This document shows, in pieces, positions 13,055 to 26,772 of a DNA stretch of 64,000 bases (position 1 is its first letter; every line of letters begins with the position of its first letter). Below the pieces are notes generated by a model. It searched no databases, was not told where the DNA came from, and worked only from the letters and a program-made list of their open reading frames with translations. The stretch lies in the NCBI GenBank assembly GCA_003971905.1, contig RSEE01000133.1, positions 62,001 through 126,000 of the forward strand, in the 5' to 3' direction. Origin of the DNA: Moniliella sp. 'wahieum' (Eukaryota). The position numbers and the translations under genes are program-made.

Positions 13055-14306
13055 GGTAGTGCAGGCGAGTATGTCTGGTGCTAGGGCGAGAGTGGTGTGT
13101 GGCGGTGATGTGGGAGGGAGAGATGGGGGCTGGGGATGGGTGTTGGTGCAGCTCCAAGGCTCTGGATGGGGTGCTATTATACTCGGGGTTCCCAGCCTAT
13201 GGGCATGCATCTGATGGTGCGGCTGTGACGTGGACAACATCCGTCTCTTCGGCGACACGGAGGCGTCGACTGCCGGGAGCGGATGAGGCGGTAAGGCGGG
13301 GTTTGATGGCGATGATGAAAAGCACCATTGCGCCCTGTCTCGGCTGCGTCATGAATTCATTGTGCCGCCAGAGCGGCATCCATGATAGAGATCATTTCTG
13401 GACGGAGGGCTGAGGCTGTGAAGCTTGAAGGGCAAAATGATCGGTCATACACACAAGATTGAGGGCCGAAGTTGAGGTCAATGCTTGGACACGTTCGATT
13501 CGATGGGCCAACAGAGTTCAGACCAACACAGGCTACAATGTGGTATGACCGCAGGGCCGGCCAGGGCGGCCACGGATGGTCACTGTGCCAACGTCACCTG
13601 CCACGGGGTCCGGCCAACCGGCCAAGATTGCAAGCGAGTTCAAAGCCAAATGGGCGCGGTGCATAATGAGCGGCAACATGAGCACGGCGTTAACCGCAAC
13701 AAGCTCGTTGGAATGGCGCAGCTGCCTCTTAATGTGGGTGGTGGGTGTGGCCGCAATGGGTGGCAATGACAGATGGGTGTGTTGTCAGCACGCCGATGCC
13801 GTTTGATGTGTGCCGGCAGATGGCGTCTGTGTTTTGCGCCTCGCCGGCAGTCCGGAGTCATTTGCTCCGGAAGGGGAATGCGCACCCGCCACGTCTTCAA
13901 CTTTCAAATCCAGTGTTGCATCGCACACTGCCGCCGAGCGCCCAGCCCGCTGCAAGTTGCAAGTTGCAGGGTGCTGACGAGCGCCGCATCACACATTGCC
14001 GCGTCGGAGGTTCGAACGGGCGAGGGCGATGGATCGAATGGTGCGGCAGAGGCTACCGGCAGCGCCGATAATGCTGCTGCCTGTCTTCTCTGGCCTGGTT
14101 TCGCATGCGGCCGAATACGCCCGTCTGACGTCTGTGGCGCATCGCTTGCATATCCTGTCTTTTTTTCGCCATACGCAGCCTTCCTGGCCGCACCACAATC
14201 CACCCGGCCCGCAGCAGGACAACGTAGACACCGCCATATATACCCACGCCGCCTCGATCCATGCCGTCGCTCTTGCTCTCCGTATCGCCCACCCGCCTCC
14301 ATTCGC
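13055..14306. promoter_or_regulatory. Shared divergent promoter of FDC1 and PAD1
   Basis: About 1.25 kb between head-to-head ATGs. TATA-like CATATATA near 14236. Several CGG/CCG pairs, e.g. CCGGCCAACCGG at 13610-13621. Confidence 0.65.
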
Positions 14307-15127
14307 ATGTCCCTGCTCACCGCCACCACCACCAGTGCCCTCCTCCGGCCGCTCCAGACCGGGCTCCGCGCCGCCCCCTCGCTTGCTGCCCGCGGCGTGC
14401 ACACGCCCCCTCCTGCCCCCCCCGCCCCTCAGCCCACCCCCACCACCAGTGCTGACACACCCACGCTCCCGGACCTGACGTCCCCTCCCAACGAGTATTT
14501 CAAGGTCGCCGCTTCGGCTGGGTCTTCGCGGCGCAAGAAAATCATTGTGGGGCTCACGGGAGCAACTGGGGCGCTGATTGGCGTACGCGCGCTCGAAGCA
14601 CTGCGCGAGCTCGATGTCGAGACGCACGCCATCCTGTCCAAATGGGGCCTGGCAACGCTCAAGTTCGAAACGTCCCTGACCGAGAAGGACATCCACAACG
14701 CGCCACCTACCTATACGGCATTAAGGATTTAGCTGCCGGTCTTTCCAGCGGCTCCTACCCCACCGATGGCATGATCATCGCCCCCTGTAGCATGCGTACC
14801 CTAGCAGCTACGCGGGCTGGTCTCTGCGACGACCTGGTGGTGCGTGCGGCCGATGTGTGCCTCAAAGAGCGCCGCAAACTCGTCATGGTCGTCCGCGAAA
14901 CGCCCCTTTCGGCGATTCATTTGGACAACATGCTTGCTCTCACCCATGCTGGCGCCGTCATGTTCCCTCCTGTGCCGGCCTTCTACCATTTCCCTGAAAA
15001 CATGGACGACGTGGTCAACCAAACGGTCGGTCGCTTGCTTGACCAGTTCGGGCTTGATTCGGGTCATTTCCGTCGCTGGCAGGGCGGACTGCGCAAGGAC
15101 AAGCAGCCCACCGGCGTATCAAGTTGA
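14307..15127 (+). CDS. PAD1: Flavin prenyltransferase (UbiX/Pad1) with a mitochondrial-type presequence
   Basis: KKIIVGLTGATGA, SSGSYPTDGMIIAPCSMRTLA, RAADVCLKERRKLVMVVRETPLSAIHL and PPVPAFY. Arg/Ser/Leu-rich, acid-free N-terminus. One frameshift near 14700. Confidence 0.96.
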
Positions 15128-16011
15128 CCAAACCCAGTGTTATTTATGTCCTAACTAATAACAACCTCATTCCATACTATGTGGTCGACAAATACCCTCT
15201 CTCCCGTCCATCTATATTACGCACACAATCCAAGTGGGTGCAGTTATGTGACTGGCGTTCGTTGGGGATGTATAGCTGCAAATATGCTACCCCAGTTACC
15301 CTTCGTTGAATGTAGGCCATTTTGGATCATAGACAGCAGCTCTTCTCCTACGAGGCATGTCGAGGCCATCCATTCCTCTTGGCTTTCAGACGCGAGGCCG
15401 GCAGATTTGACCTGAAATCCATCTCTTCCCAGTCGTCCGGGCGGTCACGCGTAACCACAGACAGTTGCTACCGTCGTCCAGGCCTAGCTATTAACGCCCA
15501 GAGGAGCACCAAGAGCAGCAAATGGGAATGGCGGTCGATGGAGATCAAAAATTGCGAAGGCGGTGGCGAACCCAAATTATCATGGAGTCGTAAACGCCAC
15601 GTCAGAAAAAACGTCACACATGCATCACATATGATGTCACTTGACCTTGGCCACAAATGACCACAGGTCAATGCTAGCACGCCGGCTCGTTCAGATTTTC
15701 TGCCAGAGCCAGCCACACCATGAAATTGTGCAGGTGATTCTGTCATCGCGTTACTTGTGCTCATGCAAACGTACAATACATAATCCTACTATCCTCTGTA
15801 TCTGGTTTGTACAACAACACAACCACTATCAACCTTTTTAAAGTGAAAAACAGTATGTATCGAAGTCAGCCGAGTGCTTGTTTGGATGGCACCGGAACGA
15901 AAAACGGTTGCAAGCAATAGAGCAATGCCTGTAACCCACCTGGTGAGCTTGTAGGACTGAGTGCCGCTCGATGAGCTCGGCAATCATTGCGCTCTAGCAA
16001 ACCGAAGATCC

Positions 16012-16646
16012 TTACGGCTTGACGAGCGGGGCCGGGTTCTTGGCGCGGCGGAGCACAAAGTAAAAGTTGGCAGGGATGTCGCGGAAGTCCATCGTGCCAA
16101 AGAGGGTGTCATCGTCGACCTTGACAACTGGAGGTAGTAGACACGTACAGAGTGGTAGTGTTAGTCGTGTGTCTGCTTACTATTCAGAATAAAAAAGAAA
16201 GGGGCCCACACCACACGTACAGGAATCAATGATGGCAAGGTTGTCGTACACCATCGACGCGCAAGGACGTCCACGGACCTCAACCGTGCGAATGCGGGCG
16301 GTCGGGCCGGCAACATACAAGTCCTTCCATTTGGCATCGACCTGGTCCGGTTCGACTTGGAATGACTTGACCGGTTCCACCTGGTACACCGACTTCCGGT
16401 CCGGGGCCCAGAACAAGAGCGGGTACGCCTCTTCCGCCGTTCCGTATTCTTTCCGTACCAATGCGACGATTCCAAGCGACCATCGAGCGGGTGTCCCGTG
16501 AAGAATCCACTTCCCTCCCAAGTGGCGTGGAGGACATCGCTCTCAGCCGCGGGCGGGAGCGAGTCAAAAAGCGCTTGAGCTTCCGCTTCCGTGTGCTTCT
16601 TGCCGGGCTGCGCCAAGGCGTGGAAGTTCTCGACTGGGGAAGGCAT
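16012..16646 (-). CDS. GXWXG + DUF4334 domain protein
   Basis: ALFDSLPP...ATWEGSGFFTGHPLDGRLESSHWYGK (GXWXG domain) and ARIRTVEVRGRPCASMVYDNLAIIDSFVKVDDDTLFGTMD...YFVLRR (DUF4334) after splicing intron 16128-16220. One frameshift near 16450. TATATA near 16752. Confidence 0.88.
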
Positions 16647-19600
16647 TATGGGTGTGAGGTAGTTGGAGCGAGGGGGGCTTGAGGAGTGTTGGAGAAAGGA
16701 GGAAAAGATGTGGGATGAGGGATATGGACAGCGTTCGGCCAAGTTGCGGCGTATATATAGTAGTTGGCGCTAGGTCTTGATTCCCGGTAGCGTGGGGTAC
16801 TGACACTAGTCTTGATTTCCGCGGCGTGCATTGCATTGCAGTAACCATGTCATTGGCAGTGCTTGTTACGAAGGCTAGGACAAGGAAACGCTGATGGGGC
16901 TAAGTAAACTGGCCTGCTCATCTGCGGTGGGTGTTGCTTGTTGGCACCATACCCAGTTAGGGAACCAGGGGAATCGGCTGCGGATCATTATAGTGCGTGT
17001 CCCGCAGAAGAGACGGTTTCAGACCTAATGTCCGTTGCGGGGTGGGGCAACGTCGCGTCTTCTCTTACAAAAAACCCTTTGGCTCTTGCCATCTGTCATG
17101 GCGTGTGTCAAAGGAAGAGTCCTTGGCGTAGTTCTCGGTACCAATCGTATCCGGAACGCCGGCGAGTGCAGGCCACGTGATGCTCTTAGCACCGGTAATC
17201 CCCACGACAGAACTTATTCTGGCGTTTCCCCCATGGGCCAAAGTGGGGTATACGCCATGGTTGGCGGGGTTAAAAATGGCCAGTGTGTTCAAGTGGCCAA
17301 AGACTAATAGCGAACGATTGGCGACTAATACGCGGGACGAGTGGCTGTCTCCACAACCAAGTCTCTCTCGGGGCACCACAGCAGTGGCGCACCCCATCGC
17401 TAAACACTATTTGCCCGCGTGTATCAGGGTGGTCCCCCCGACGCCCCAGCATTCTTCGGATCCGGCCCTTTTCTGACGTGAACGCGTGAACGTTGAACTC
17501 AGCTTCAACGATGCATGATGCCTGATGAACCATCGAGGAACCCTCCGATGCACGTTCTCCATCAGTACGCATAGTGCGATGGGCAGTTTCACTATGCACG
17601 CAGCCACGCCTCTTTTCGGTGCGTCGGCTCCGATTCCTACGTGGAACATAAGGGTGTGTAACAGCGCTTGTGGCTGGTGGCGCTGTGGTGGCCAGTGAAG
17701 CAGGTGACCGGTGACCCCAGAGCGGAGACCGAAGACCACCGCACGGGCCATTCGCCCGTTGTGGCGGCCCACTCCTGTCGTCGTGTTGGCAACACCTAAC
17801 TTCAATCCGATTGACAGCTCTATATACGAAAACAACACGGTGGCATATATGCTCCTCGCGTTCATGTGGTGACAGAGGTCTCGCATCAGGCCGTGACCGG
17901 GTGACCTGCGCCGCAGGCCCGTCAAAGTTGTGACAAAAATGTCAGGTATATATCAGCCTTGCAGCCCGCCCCGTGGAGGTCCGTGGAGTCGCTCGTAACG
18001 CGTAAACGTTAAGCGTTAAACGTGTACGTTAAACCGCGAAGACGTGCCGCCTTGACGGCATGATGTTGAGCGACCGCCGGTGGCTCGTGCTTTGGCCAAC
18101 GTCCCTTCAGGTCCTCCTCAGGCCTCAGGCCTAGGAGTTCCGTTGCATTTTCTCTCTTGTTTTCCTTGTTCCGCTTAGCCTCTGGTGGCGACTCGCTGCT
18201 CGATGTTCCTCTGTAGGCGTTGCGGGTTGGCTTATACCACCAGCACACAAGCGTGATTGCATAATCGCCCTCGAGGACTGGCACCAGGACTCCAGACCTC
18301 ATAAACTTGGTCTTATTCTGCTTGAGTCCTTTCTCTTCTCTGTCCTATACTTCGGGTATATAGTAGGAATGGGTCGATGGCGGTCTGTGTCGCAGCATAT
18401 GCTATTCACCACGCCCGCTCCCCCCTTTTTCCTCGTCTTATTACGGGGCGCTCCGGTTATCTCCGGATGCTGAGCCCCGCAAGGACATCTCAGCCCATCA
18501 CACATCAGTCCTGTTAGTAGACTAGCGAGAGTGAGCTAGTCGACACCTTATCCATGCCGCTGATGATATCCGCGGACCGCCATGGTCGCATGGGCTTATC
18601 GGTACGATGCTTTGTTCCCATTCCGTCCATCAGTCTTGGCAAAGCCTTCCTGCTGCGCCCGACTATGCAGCGTCAGCGCCTTGAGGACACGGGGTGCGTT
18701 AGTCTTTACCGGTTACCTCTCTGGAAAGTGCACCGCATTTTGTTTATACCTGTCACGAGGCGCTTGGGGCCCCTGGTTCCTTCTGTTGTATATAAAGCAG
18801 CCATGTCTAAGGGTTACTAGCTGTGGTCCTGGTCGACCATCTGGCTTGGGTCTCCCCGACCACACGTTTCTCTCGCTCCTCCACCTTGTCCACTCGGGAT
18901 TCCCCCCATGACACGTCTGGCCAACTCCACTCCTCTATTAATACAAAGGTAAAGAGGGCCTATACTCTAACAGCTCATCTCGTCCCTGCTTCCATCCCCT
19001 TTGGCTGCGCCCGCACCCGTGACACGGACGGTCTATAAGTCGACTGCTTTTTTGGCCAGTAATTTTCCATCTATATGTAACAGCCGGGGCAAACGTGAGG
19101 GAGACCAAGGTATACGGGGGCGGTATCTCGGTATAAAGGGGGGGTAGGCATTTTAAATCTTAACCCGCTCGTGGTCTCGTCACGCGTCATTGTCAGCGCC
19201 ATCATGCATGCAGCTGATCACGCATCACGCATCGCGCTGTTCTATCCGACTCCTCTATGTTCTGCCCCTAACGGGCTCCTCTCTTGGAATAGATCCATCA
19301 CCTCCCTCTGTCTTTTCTTTCCGTAGGCTTTTGTCCTCGCATTTAACAGTCATTTCCGTCTCCTCCCGTATTATATCTGGAAAGTAGATGAGGAGGAAAG
19401 GGGGGTGGGGCATGATGCATGACATGAGCCACGACGTTGCCTTCTCCTTGAGCGTGTGGTGATTAATTAAGGACAAAGAGAAAAGGGGCTGCCGCGACGA
19501 GAGAAGAAAAGCGTGCGACACAGGCACAGCGACACAGGTGTGTGATCGAGGTCTATATCCTCTCCCTTATTGTAAAGAGTTAGTAATGTGGCAATGCGGA

Positions 19601-19875
19601 GAGAGGAGGTGGCGATGAGTACCATGAGTACTGTGAGCACTCAATGATACATTATTATTATAGGGGATGCAGAAGAGGCATGATATCTTTTAGTGTTGAC
19701 GTCACAGATTTATATCGTACAAATCACTGCCTCCTACTGTTGTCTCGCCTACTAATATAGTAGTAGACGCTCCAACCCCCACTCTCTGTGATCTATCGAT
19801 AACTGGATATAAGCAACGGATCCGCCCCCAAACGAGGCACCACTCAACTTCAACACAACATCCTCGATCCAACCA

Positions 19876-20974
19876 TGACCTTCAGACTAACAACACCCCC
19901 GGCACCTCGACGACGTTGACATCAACACTCAGGCTGCGGCTCTCGAGATGCTCACCTACGTTCCACCGGGTCCGAACCTCACGGCCACCGAACATTCCCC
20001 GCGTCCGGACCTCACAACCATCACCGAACAGTCCCCGGGTCCGAACCTCCCGACCACAGAGACGGATCCGATCTCTACAGTTGCGGGGGCCAACAGGCGA
20101 TACTTCTAAGCGAAATTTCCAACAACAGTAGCTTGATGGCCCAATCCTTCAACCAATCGCCGATCCAGTCCAACTGGAACAACATTCTTTTTTGGACAGT
20201 TACGGGCAATAACAAACCTTTTATTGCAAGATGCATGGCTGCGCCAAATTGCAGCCGCAAGAACCAATGCAGACACACTTGGGCAATCCATTCCGCCATT
20301 GGGTTTTCAGTTGAATGTTGACTCGCCGAACTTCAACAGCACTTCTTTGCAAGACAAAACCATCAACACACCCATTGGGATGGAGACCTCACTGGAAGAA
20401 GGCGAATCCAAGTCTGCCCTTGGATTAAGCCATGCCGCACTTGGAGACCTACCAGTGACACCAGCTTCGCTACTGCCCTACGATTTGTTACAAGGTCATG
20501 TCCCTTCTGTGGTTCGGATGGAACCATTGGGTACACCTCTACCATGTCTGCCACATCGGAAGGTGACCTTAATTCCATTCAGCCATTGTCGACTGGTATC
20601 AGCACCAGTGGCTCAGCAGAAGCGAAGGGGTCCAGTACCGGACCTGTCGGCAAGAAACTGAGCAAGTCTCCATCCAAAAGCTTCACGGCGGTCGCATCGC
20701 ATGCAATCTGTGCCAACAGACATTTACCCGCGTATCCAATAGAAACGCTCACATCCGTGATGTCCATGGACCAGAGCGGCCTCGTCCCCATGGGTGCCCA
20801 GTTTCATACTGCAAGTATACCTTTCACCACAAGTATGAACTCAAGCGGCACCTACAGAGCCAACATCTCAACCCGAAAAAGGAGATTGTACCTCCTTCAG
20901 AGCATGATGCCATCCGGAGACTCTTCTCCAACCTTGAATTCAACTCGGCTCCCCCCTCTCCTGATGGTAAATAG
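19876..20974 (+). CDS. C2H2 zinc-finger transcription factor (two fingers at the C-terminus)
   Basis: A frame absent from the ORF track encodes IACNLCQQTFTRVSNRNAHIRDVH-GPERPRP-HGCPVSYCKYTFHHKYELKRHLQSQH from about 20696, ending at TAG 20972-20974. Upstream Ser/Thr/Pro-rich ORFs join through frameshifts. The start is approximate. Confidence 0.8.
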
Positions 20975-21612
20975 GTACCTGGCATCTGCACTCAACGCTT
21001 TCTGCTCGATGTTGCTATCATCTGTTTGCCATTATCACACCTGTTTCCTTTCCTGGTATATTATGCCCCGCCCATTCTGTTTCCTGGACACAACATGCCT
21101 CTCTCTCTCAGGTCTATTGCATACATTGCATCTCTTTCCCCAATTTGATGTATATGCCCTTAGTATATTAGCGGGGGCCAGGGCCATGCAGAGGCGAGAC
21201 GCGGTGGTTCATCGATTTTTCACCATACTTTCTTGTCGGAGAGAGGGTGCGAAAGAGATAAATGAACGGCACAGTCGAGAGGGTGGGTAAGAAAAAGGAA
21301 GGAGAGAGATGCTCCAAGCATGCAGAATCCACCATGGGAGATGGGATCCAGGACGGTTATTGAAAAACTGTCTGGGAATGATGACGCGTCACGTGAAGGT
21401 GGACCCCACATAAATCAAACGAGGCTATATGAAGACAGTAAGATCTAAGACCGACTCGGATACATTTCAATCTTACAAACCGTCTGCTTTCAACTTGGAA
21501 TCCCCGTTGAACATTAATGACATTGATGTCAGTAGCTTGTCTCTGGAGCTGGATTCGAACAGTTGATGGTTGATGTGATTCTCTTCCTCCTCCTTCGTCT
21601 CCTCGACGTCGC

Positions 21613-23264
21613 CATGCCGCCATCCGAGTCCGCCGGCAGACCGCCATCGGATCCCCCGGTATGGGAGTCAGACGGAATACGTACCCGATCCTGGAGACGG
21701 CCAAGAGCAGGCGGGTGCAGCGCATTCGACCCCCGCAAGTCGCCTCGCTGCGCTTTCCTTCTCCCCGCCCGAATGACCGGACACAGGCTGTCAAGCTGGT
21801 CTGGATCGCGCCATCGCTGGGCGAATGCCCTCCTCCATCCAGCTCTCGCCATCCAATCCAACTCAGAGCAAGGCGAGGGAATATAAAGAGACAGGGCGCA
21901 AGAGCAAGAGCAAGGACATGGTTAAAGGCAAGACCATGAGCAAGAAAGAGAGCAAAACCATCCCCCTCCTCCCACAAACGTTTGTCCTCTGCAGGCCGCG
22001 TTTACGTGCAGCCACTCCAACTGCCTCTTTTCTTTTCGCGCTTCTGGTCCTCGTCCGCGTCCCCGTTCGCCGACACTGACACTGACACTGACACGGATCA
22101 TTCCACTCCTCATGTGGCGAATGTGGATGCGTGCATGACGCGCAGGTAGGATGAGCATGCAGAGTGCGCGAAGGTGCACCTCCGTACCAAACGTGCCCCA
22201 AAGGGCTGGTGCGACCAGGTCCCAGCCACCCTGTCGCGACACGATTCCGCTGCGTGGGGTAAGATGAGTGCTACGCGCGTCTTGGCGGACACGCCGCGGG
22301 CTGGACTGTACGTCGACCTCGTGCGCAGCTGCCATGGAGATGGAGATGGCACGAACTGACGTTTGGTACGATCTTGGCACACCCAGCGCTTTGGTAGCTC
22401 CGACGCGGCGTGGGTCGAGGTAGCGTCGACGATGTACATCCGTCAACACAAAAGCTGTGGTGTCTCCAGCCGTCACTCAGTCTCGGCCAATTCGTTGGGC
22501 ACGCTGTGGCCCCTATGGCCAGCCAGCTGCCTGCTCAGCACCCTTTACTTGCCGTGTGCCTGTCCCTCCCTATTTGTTGTTGCTCGGACCGAACGAGCGT
22601 CTGAACTAGGATCGGATGGGGCGTCCGGTTTCCAATACGACTCCGACGAACGTGGCGGGAACACGGGCGTCTTCGCTTCGTCCGCTGGCATATGTCGACC
22701 GGCTCCCACATTCCCTGATCGAGAGCTCGGGCGCGCGAAACCTGCTTCCGCGCCCTCAGGGGTCACCCCCTTTCTCGCCCGCCAACCCTGCCCCGATCTC
22801 GCCCGGCTCACCCCGAAAGTGCTGGACACACGCGACTTGTCTTGGTGTCAAACGGTACGTTCTCGTCGTCTGTTTTTGCTTTGTGGGGGGAAGCCGACCC
22901 ACTGACCCTCCCGTTGCCCAGGGCATCGACTCGGCCTCAGGCCCAGCTCAAGCGCGCCCCCACAGGCAAGAAAGCCGCCAAAACCGCCACTGTCCCTCCT
23001 GCCTCGACGCCCGCTGTCCTTTCCCCTTCATCGTCCTCTTCTTCTTCTCTTCTCTCCTCTTAGGATCTCACTCCCATTCCGTCCGACACGGCCAGTGCGG
23101 GACTGGTGAAAGGCAAGGCTGGATGCCACGTCGCGGCCGCTACCTGTGAAACGCGGGAGGCAGCCAACGTCCGGCGGGGGAGCAGGCGGACAGTCTGGCA
23201 ACGATTAATGATGACTGGGCCTACGAGGCCGACGAGTACGACAAGGATCCACGCTCGTCAGTGA
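21613..23264 (+). CDS. Probable multi-exon gene of unknown function
   Basis: Clear intron 22856-22921 (GTACGT...CTGAC...CAG) and further polypyrimidine-AG acceptors near 22609 and 23063. No family recognised; the ends are uncertain. Confidence 0.3.
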
Positions 23265-25639
23265 TGGTGGCACTGCGTCCGTCGTGGGTTGCGTGTACCC
23301 CCACGGCTTGTGGACTGCCTATGTCCCATGGGGCTACGCTTGCCGCTTTGTGCCCAACCCTCGCCTGACCCCCTTTGATGTGTTTGCTAGCTTTGAATTG
23401 CTGTATGTGACAAGGACAAGGAGCCCCGTTCGAGGTATTATCGTTGTTCCGCTCCGCTACCTTTGTTCTGCTTTGCTTTTCTTTCCTTCATCGGTTTGCC
23501 CCAGGGGGAGGGGGGGGGGTGCGAGTAGGAAGGTGCCGCGTGGGCCTCCTCGGTGCAGAGACTACTACTTGACCTCTGTACCATGTACTTCCCGTGCGTC
23601 TGTTTTTGTTTGTTTTTGTTGTTGGTTGTGTTCTTTGGTTTTCTCTCAGACTGGTCGTGCCCGCGATCCCTGTTCCTTCAAGTTCCAGACCAGTGCTACG
23701 ACTACCCCCTGTTTCCTATTGTACGGCATGTACGACGTATGACCTCGGACCTAGGACCCTCAACTATCAAACCGATCGACGCCGCGAAATGATACCCCCC
23801 AAGTCGACTCTTCTGTGTTGTTGTGCTTCGCTGGAGGGACTAAGGTGAGGTAGTATCGATCCCTGCTGCCTATTGCTTGGCTCATCTGTCGCTATGCATA
23901 GCTCCGAATGCACCATTCTCGCTCTGCCTCGCCCGCGCGCTTTCCTTCGCTTGGTCCCCTTGGTTGGCTTGGCTTTTGGGTTTCCACCTTGGTCTTGCCT
24001 CTGCTTGTATACTTTTTACGCAGGGCTTGTTGGCATATGTGTCTTTTCATCTCTTCCCAATGGGGCCGAAAGTCTCCGGCTTCGACCTGAAACCGCCATC
24101 GTCAATATTGTCTTCCTCGACTTCTCCAGAGCTTCTCCACCCCCATCTGGGTTCCGCCTGTCTTACATCCTGCAGGCGTCATCAAAGCTAGTAGTATCGA
24201 TATGAGCCGATCCTAGCTCAGCGCGGAGGGTTACGGAAGGGTAAACACTCTCAACGTCATAGCGTGCTGGCATGCGCATGCAGCATGAGTGTAGGGTTCT
24301 AGTTGGAGAAGCAGACGGTGGTGTGAGACGATTCAATTGGGCCCCCTGAGCTGAGGAACTTGACGCCCACCACTCAACGATGACAAGAAGCATCCGTTAG
24401 CATCGGCTCGATTCCTGTGGGAGGGCTGAGGGCTGAGGCTGAGCGCTGGGGACTGCTGAGGGGAATGCTACGTGCTGTGGAGAGAGTGGTGTGTGCAAGA
24501 CAGGATATGAGAAGAAGATGGATGGACAGAGGGAGAGAGAAGAAACGCCAAGGACGGAGGTGGAGTGGGATGTTGGGGCGCAGCGAAGCGCCCAGCCGCT
24601 CAGCCTGGCAAGCAGGGTGACGTGGCTGCGCACATATAGCGCCCGTTGGTCTGGGTGGCATTCATGGGCTGCGCACGGAAGAAAGCACGCGCAGCCCTTG
24701 GTAATCCCACCGGCTTGTTTTTCTAGTGAGATGAAGAAAGCAGAAGCAACGCCCGCCCGCCGCTGCTCTTATACCGCCCCGCCATTCCGCCCGCCAGGTG
24801 GAGGGGCTGCACCAGTTCCGCCCGGGGGGGCATGTGCGCAAGTACTGGGGCGCACCCAGTAGGGTTACTGGGCGCCTGTACGTACATGGTACACCGCTCG
24901 CCTGTCGCCTGTCCCGTGGGCGTCTTAGAGTTAGTTGGGCCCTGAGCCTCACGCCCAACGCCTTATGTCCGACAGACGTGTGGGGGCTAATGCGTAAGTG
25001 GCGCCCACGCCGCCCACTACCCCCTCTGTCCAGCCAGCATACTCTCTACGGACCACGATCGGCAGCCTGCTCAAGGGGTAACAGGGAGTGGTGAAGCTTG
25101 AAAGAAAAAAAGGGGGGGTGGGCAGGGGCCAATCGCCCCAACCAGCGCGGGCAGATAGACCAGAGATACCCCCCCCCTACCCCTCCCCCTTCTGGGCGAA
25201 TCAAACGATAGGGGCGAGCGGCCAGATAAGATGGATCAGCAGGGAGGGCAGGGCCAGGCCTGGGGGGGGGGGGGTAGAGGAAAGAGGGGGGTGATGATGC
25301 GAGGATGGGGGGACGGGGGCAGGGGGGGGGAAGGACTGTTCCGCAGACATGGGACAGGAAGAGGATCCCATCGAGCCACCGCGTCGATGAGCCGGCCTTG
25401 ACAGGGAGGCAATAGGGCAAGGGAGGGAAGAGAGATGCCAGAGGATGGGATGGAATGGGGTGCACACAGAGAGGGGAGAGAGAGAGAGAGAGAGAAAGGG
25501 AGAGAGAATGCTGTGTCCAAGTCGGTGGGGGAACACATACACCGAATTCAACTCTGGTCCATCGGCGCATCCACCTCGTTACCCGGGTCGGCCAGGGGGA
25601 AGGGGGGTAGTCACAGCAAGCGGGAAAGTGGACACGGCC

Positions 25640-26073
25640 TCATGCGACGGCCGGCCAGTAAACCCAGCTGTGGATCCTGGGCCGGGAGCCGGGATGGGGG
25701 CAGGGGCGGGGTAGGGGTGGAAACTCAGCCGAGGTGGTGGCGGCCGAGACGAGGGCGCCAGTGGCCGGTTCGGCGCTCACGGCGTGCGGGACATCGGCGG
25801 GCGAAGGAATCGCCGTTCCCAGCGGTTCGCCACCGGAAACACCAGCCTTGGACATGGCATAGTCACCGCTGTCAAAGAACTTGCGCTCGCGCATGCGCCA
25901 TCGCCGCGGTGGCCGCGCTGCCGTTGAGCCGGCAGGCAGGCGGCCGTACTTTTCCAGCGCGGTGCGCTCCTGCGGAGACAGGGTCTGGGGAGGAGGTCGA
26001 TGAATAGCGCAGACCGAGGGCGGTCGGAGAGACGTACGCTGAGATCGACCTTGTTGCGCTGGGCAGGCAGCAT
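25640..26073 (-). CDS. IGO1: Endosulfine (ENSA/ARPP19; Igo1/2-like PP2A inhibitor)
   Basis: MLPAQRNKVDLS|TLSPQERTALEKYGRLP...ERKFFDSGDYAMSKAG contains the diagnostic FDSGDY motif. Intron 25985-26037. The 3' end is uncertain. Confidence 0.9.
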
Positions 26074-26772
26074 GGCCGAGGTGTGGTGGTGGTGGTGGTG
26101 GTCGCGGTGGTGACAGGCTGGTGCCGTCTTGCCTGCCGCCGGGCGGGCGAGCGGCCCTGGGCGCAGTGGGAAAAGAAAATCGAAAAGAAAACAACAGGGA
26201 AACGGCGGGTGGGCATCACGTGATGGGTTGCGCCAGCTGTGTGCTCGCCGCGGGCTGACGTACACGTACACCCGGGGTCGTTTGCAGGGTATTGGAAGTT
26301 GAAAGTTGGAATGAGGTCATGCACCATTTGACACGGGGGGGGGGGCGTGCGCTGGGCGTGCTGGGGCAGAGCGGGGGGCAGTGCGCTGCTCAGCAGCTGA
26401 GGCTGAGTGGGCGGCGGGGGGCCGTGTAGGGGGGCGGTGTGCGCTGGTGTACCTAGCTTAGCGTCACGATGCATGATGCATTGCATGACAGCCGGCACGT
26501 GACGCGTGAGTGTGCTGGAGCGGGTGGCACAGCGCCAGTGTGCGGGGCAATCGCCCTTGGCGCGGCCCAGCGCTGCTCGGCCACCGCCAGCAATCACCCA
26601 TCCTCCGCCTGGTCATCCCGGTCACCGGTTATCGCCCCTCGCTCGGTTGGGGGCAGTCACTCGTCACTCGTCACTTCGGCGACGCAATCGGAGCACTGGT
26701 CGCTGTACTACTAGGAGGCCTTCGCCCCGCCTCCGCTCCCTCTTCTCCCTCTGCTCCATCCCCCCCACCGCC

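Noticed and set aside
13055..13258. 68-aa N-terminal extension of FDC1 in the ORF track
   Set aside because: Low-complexity sequence from an upstream in-frame ATG; Fdc1 homology begins at the ATG at 13054.
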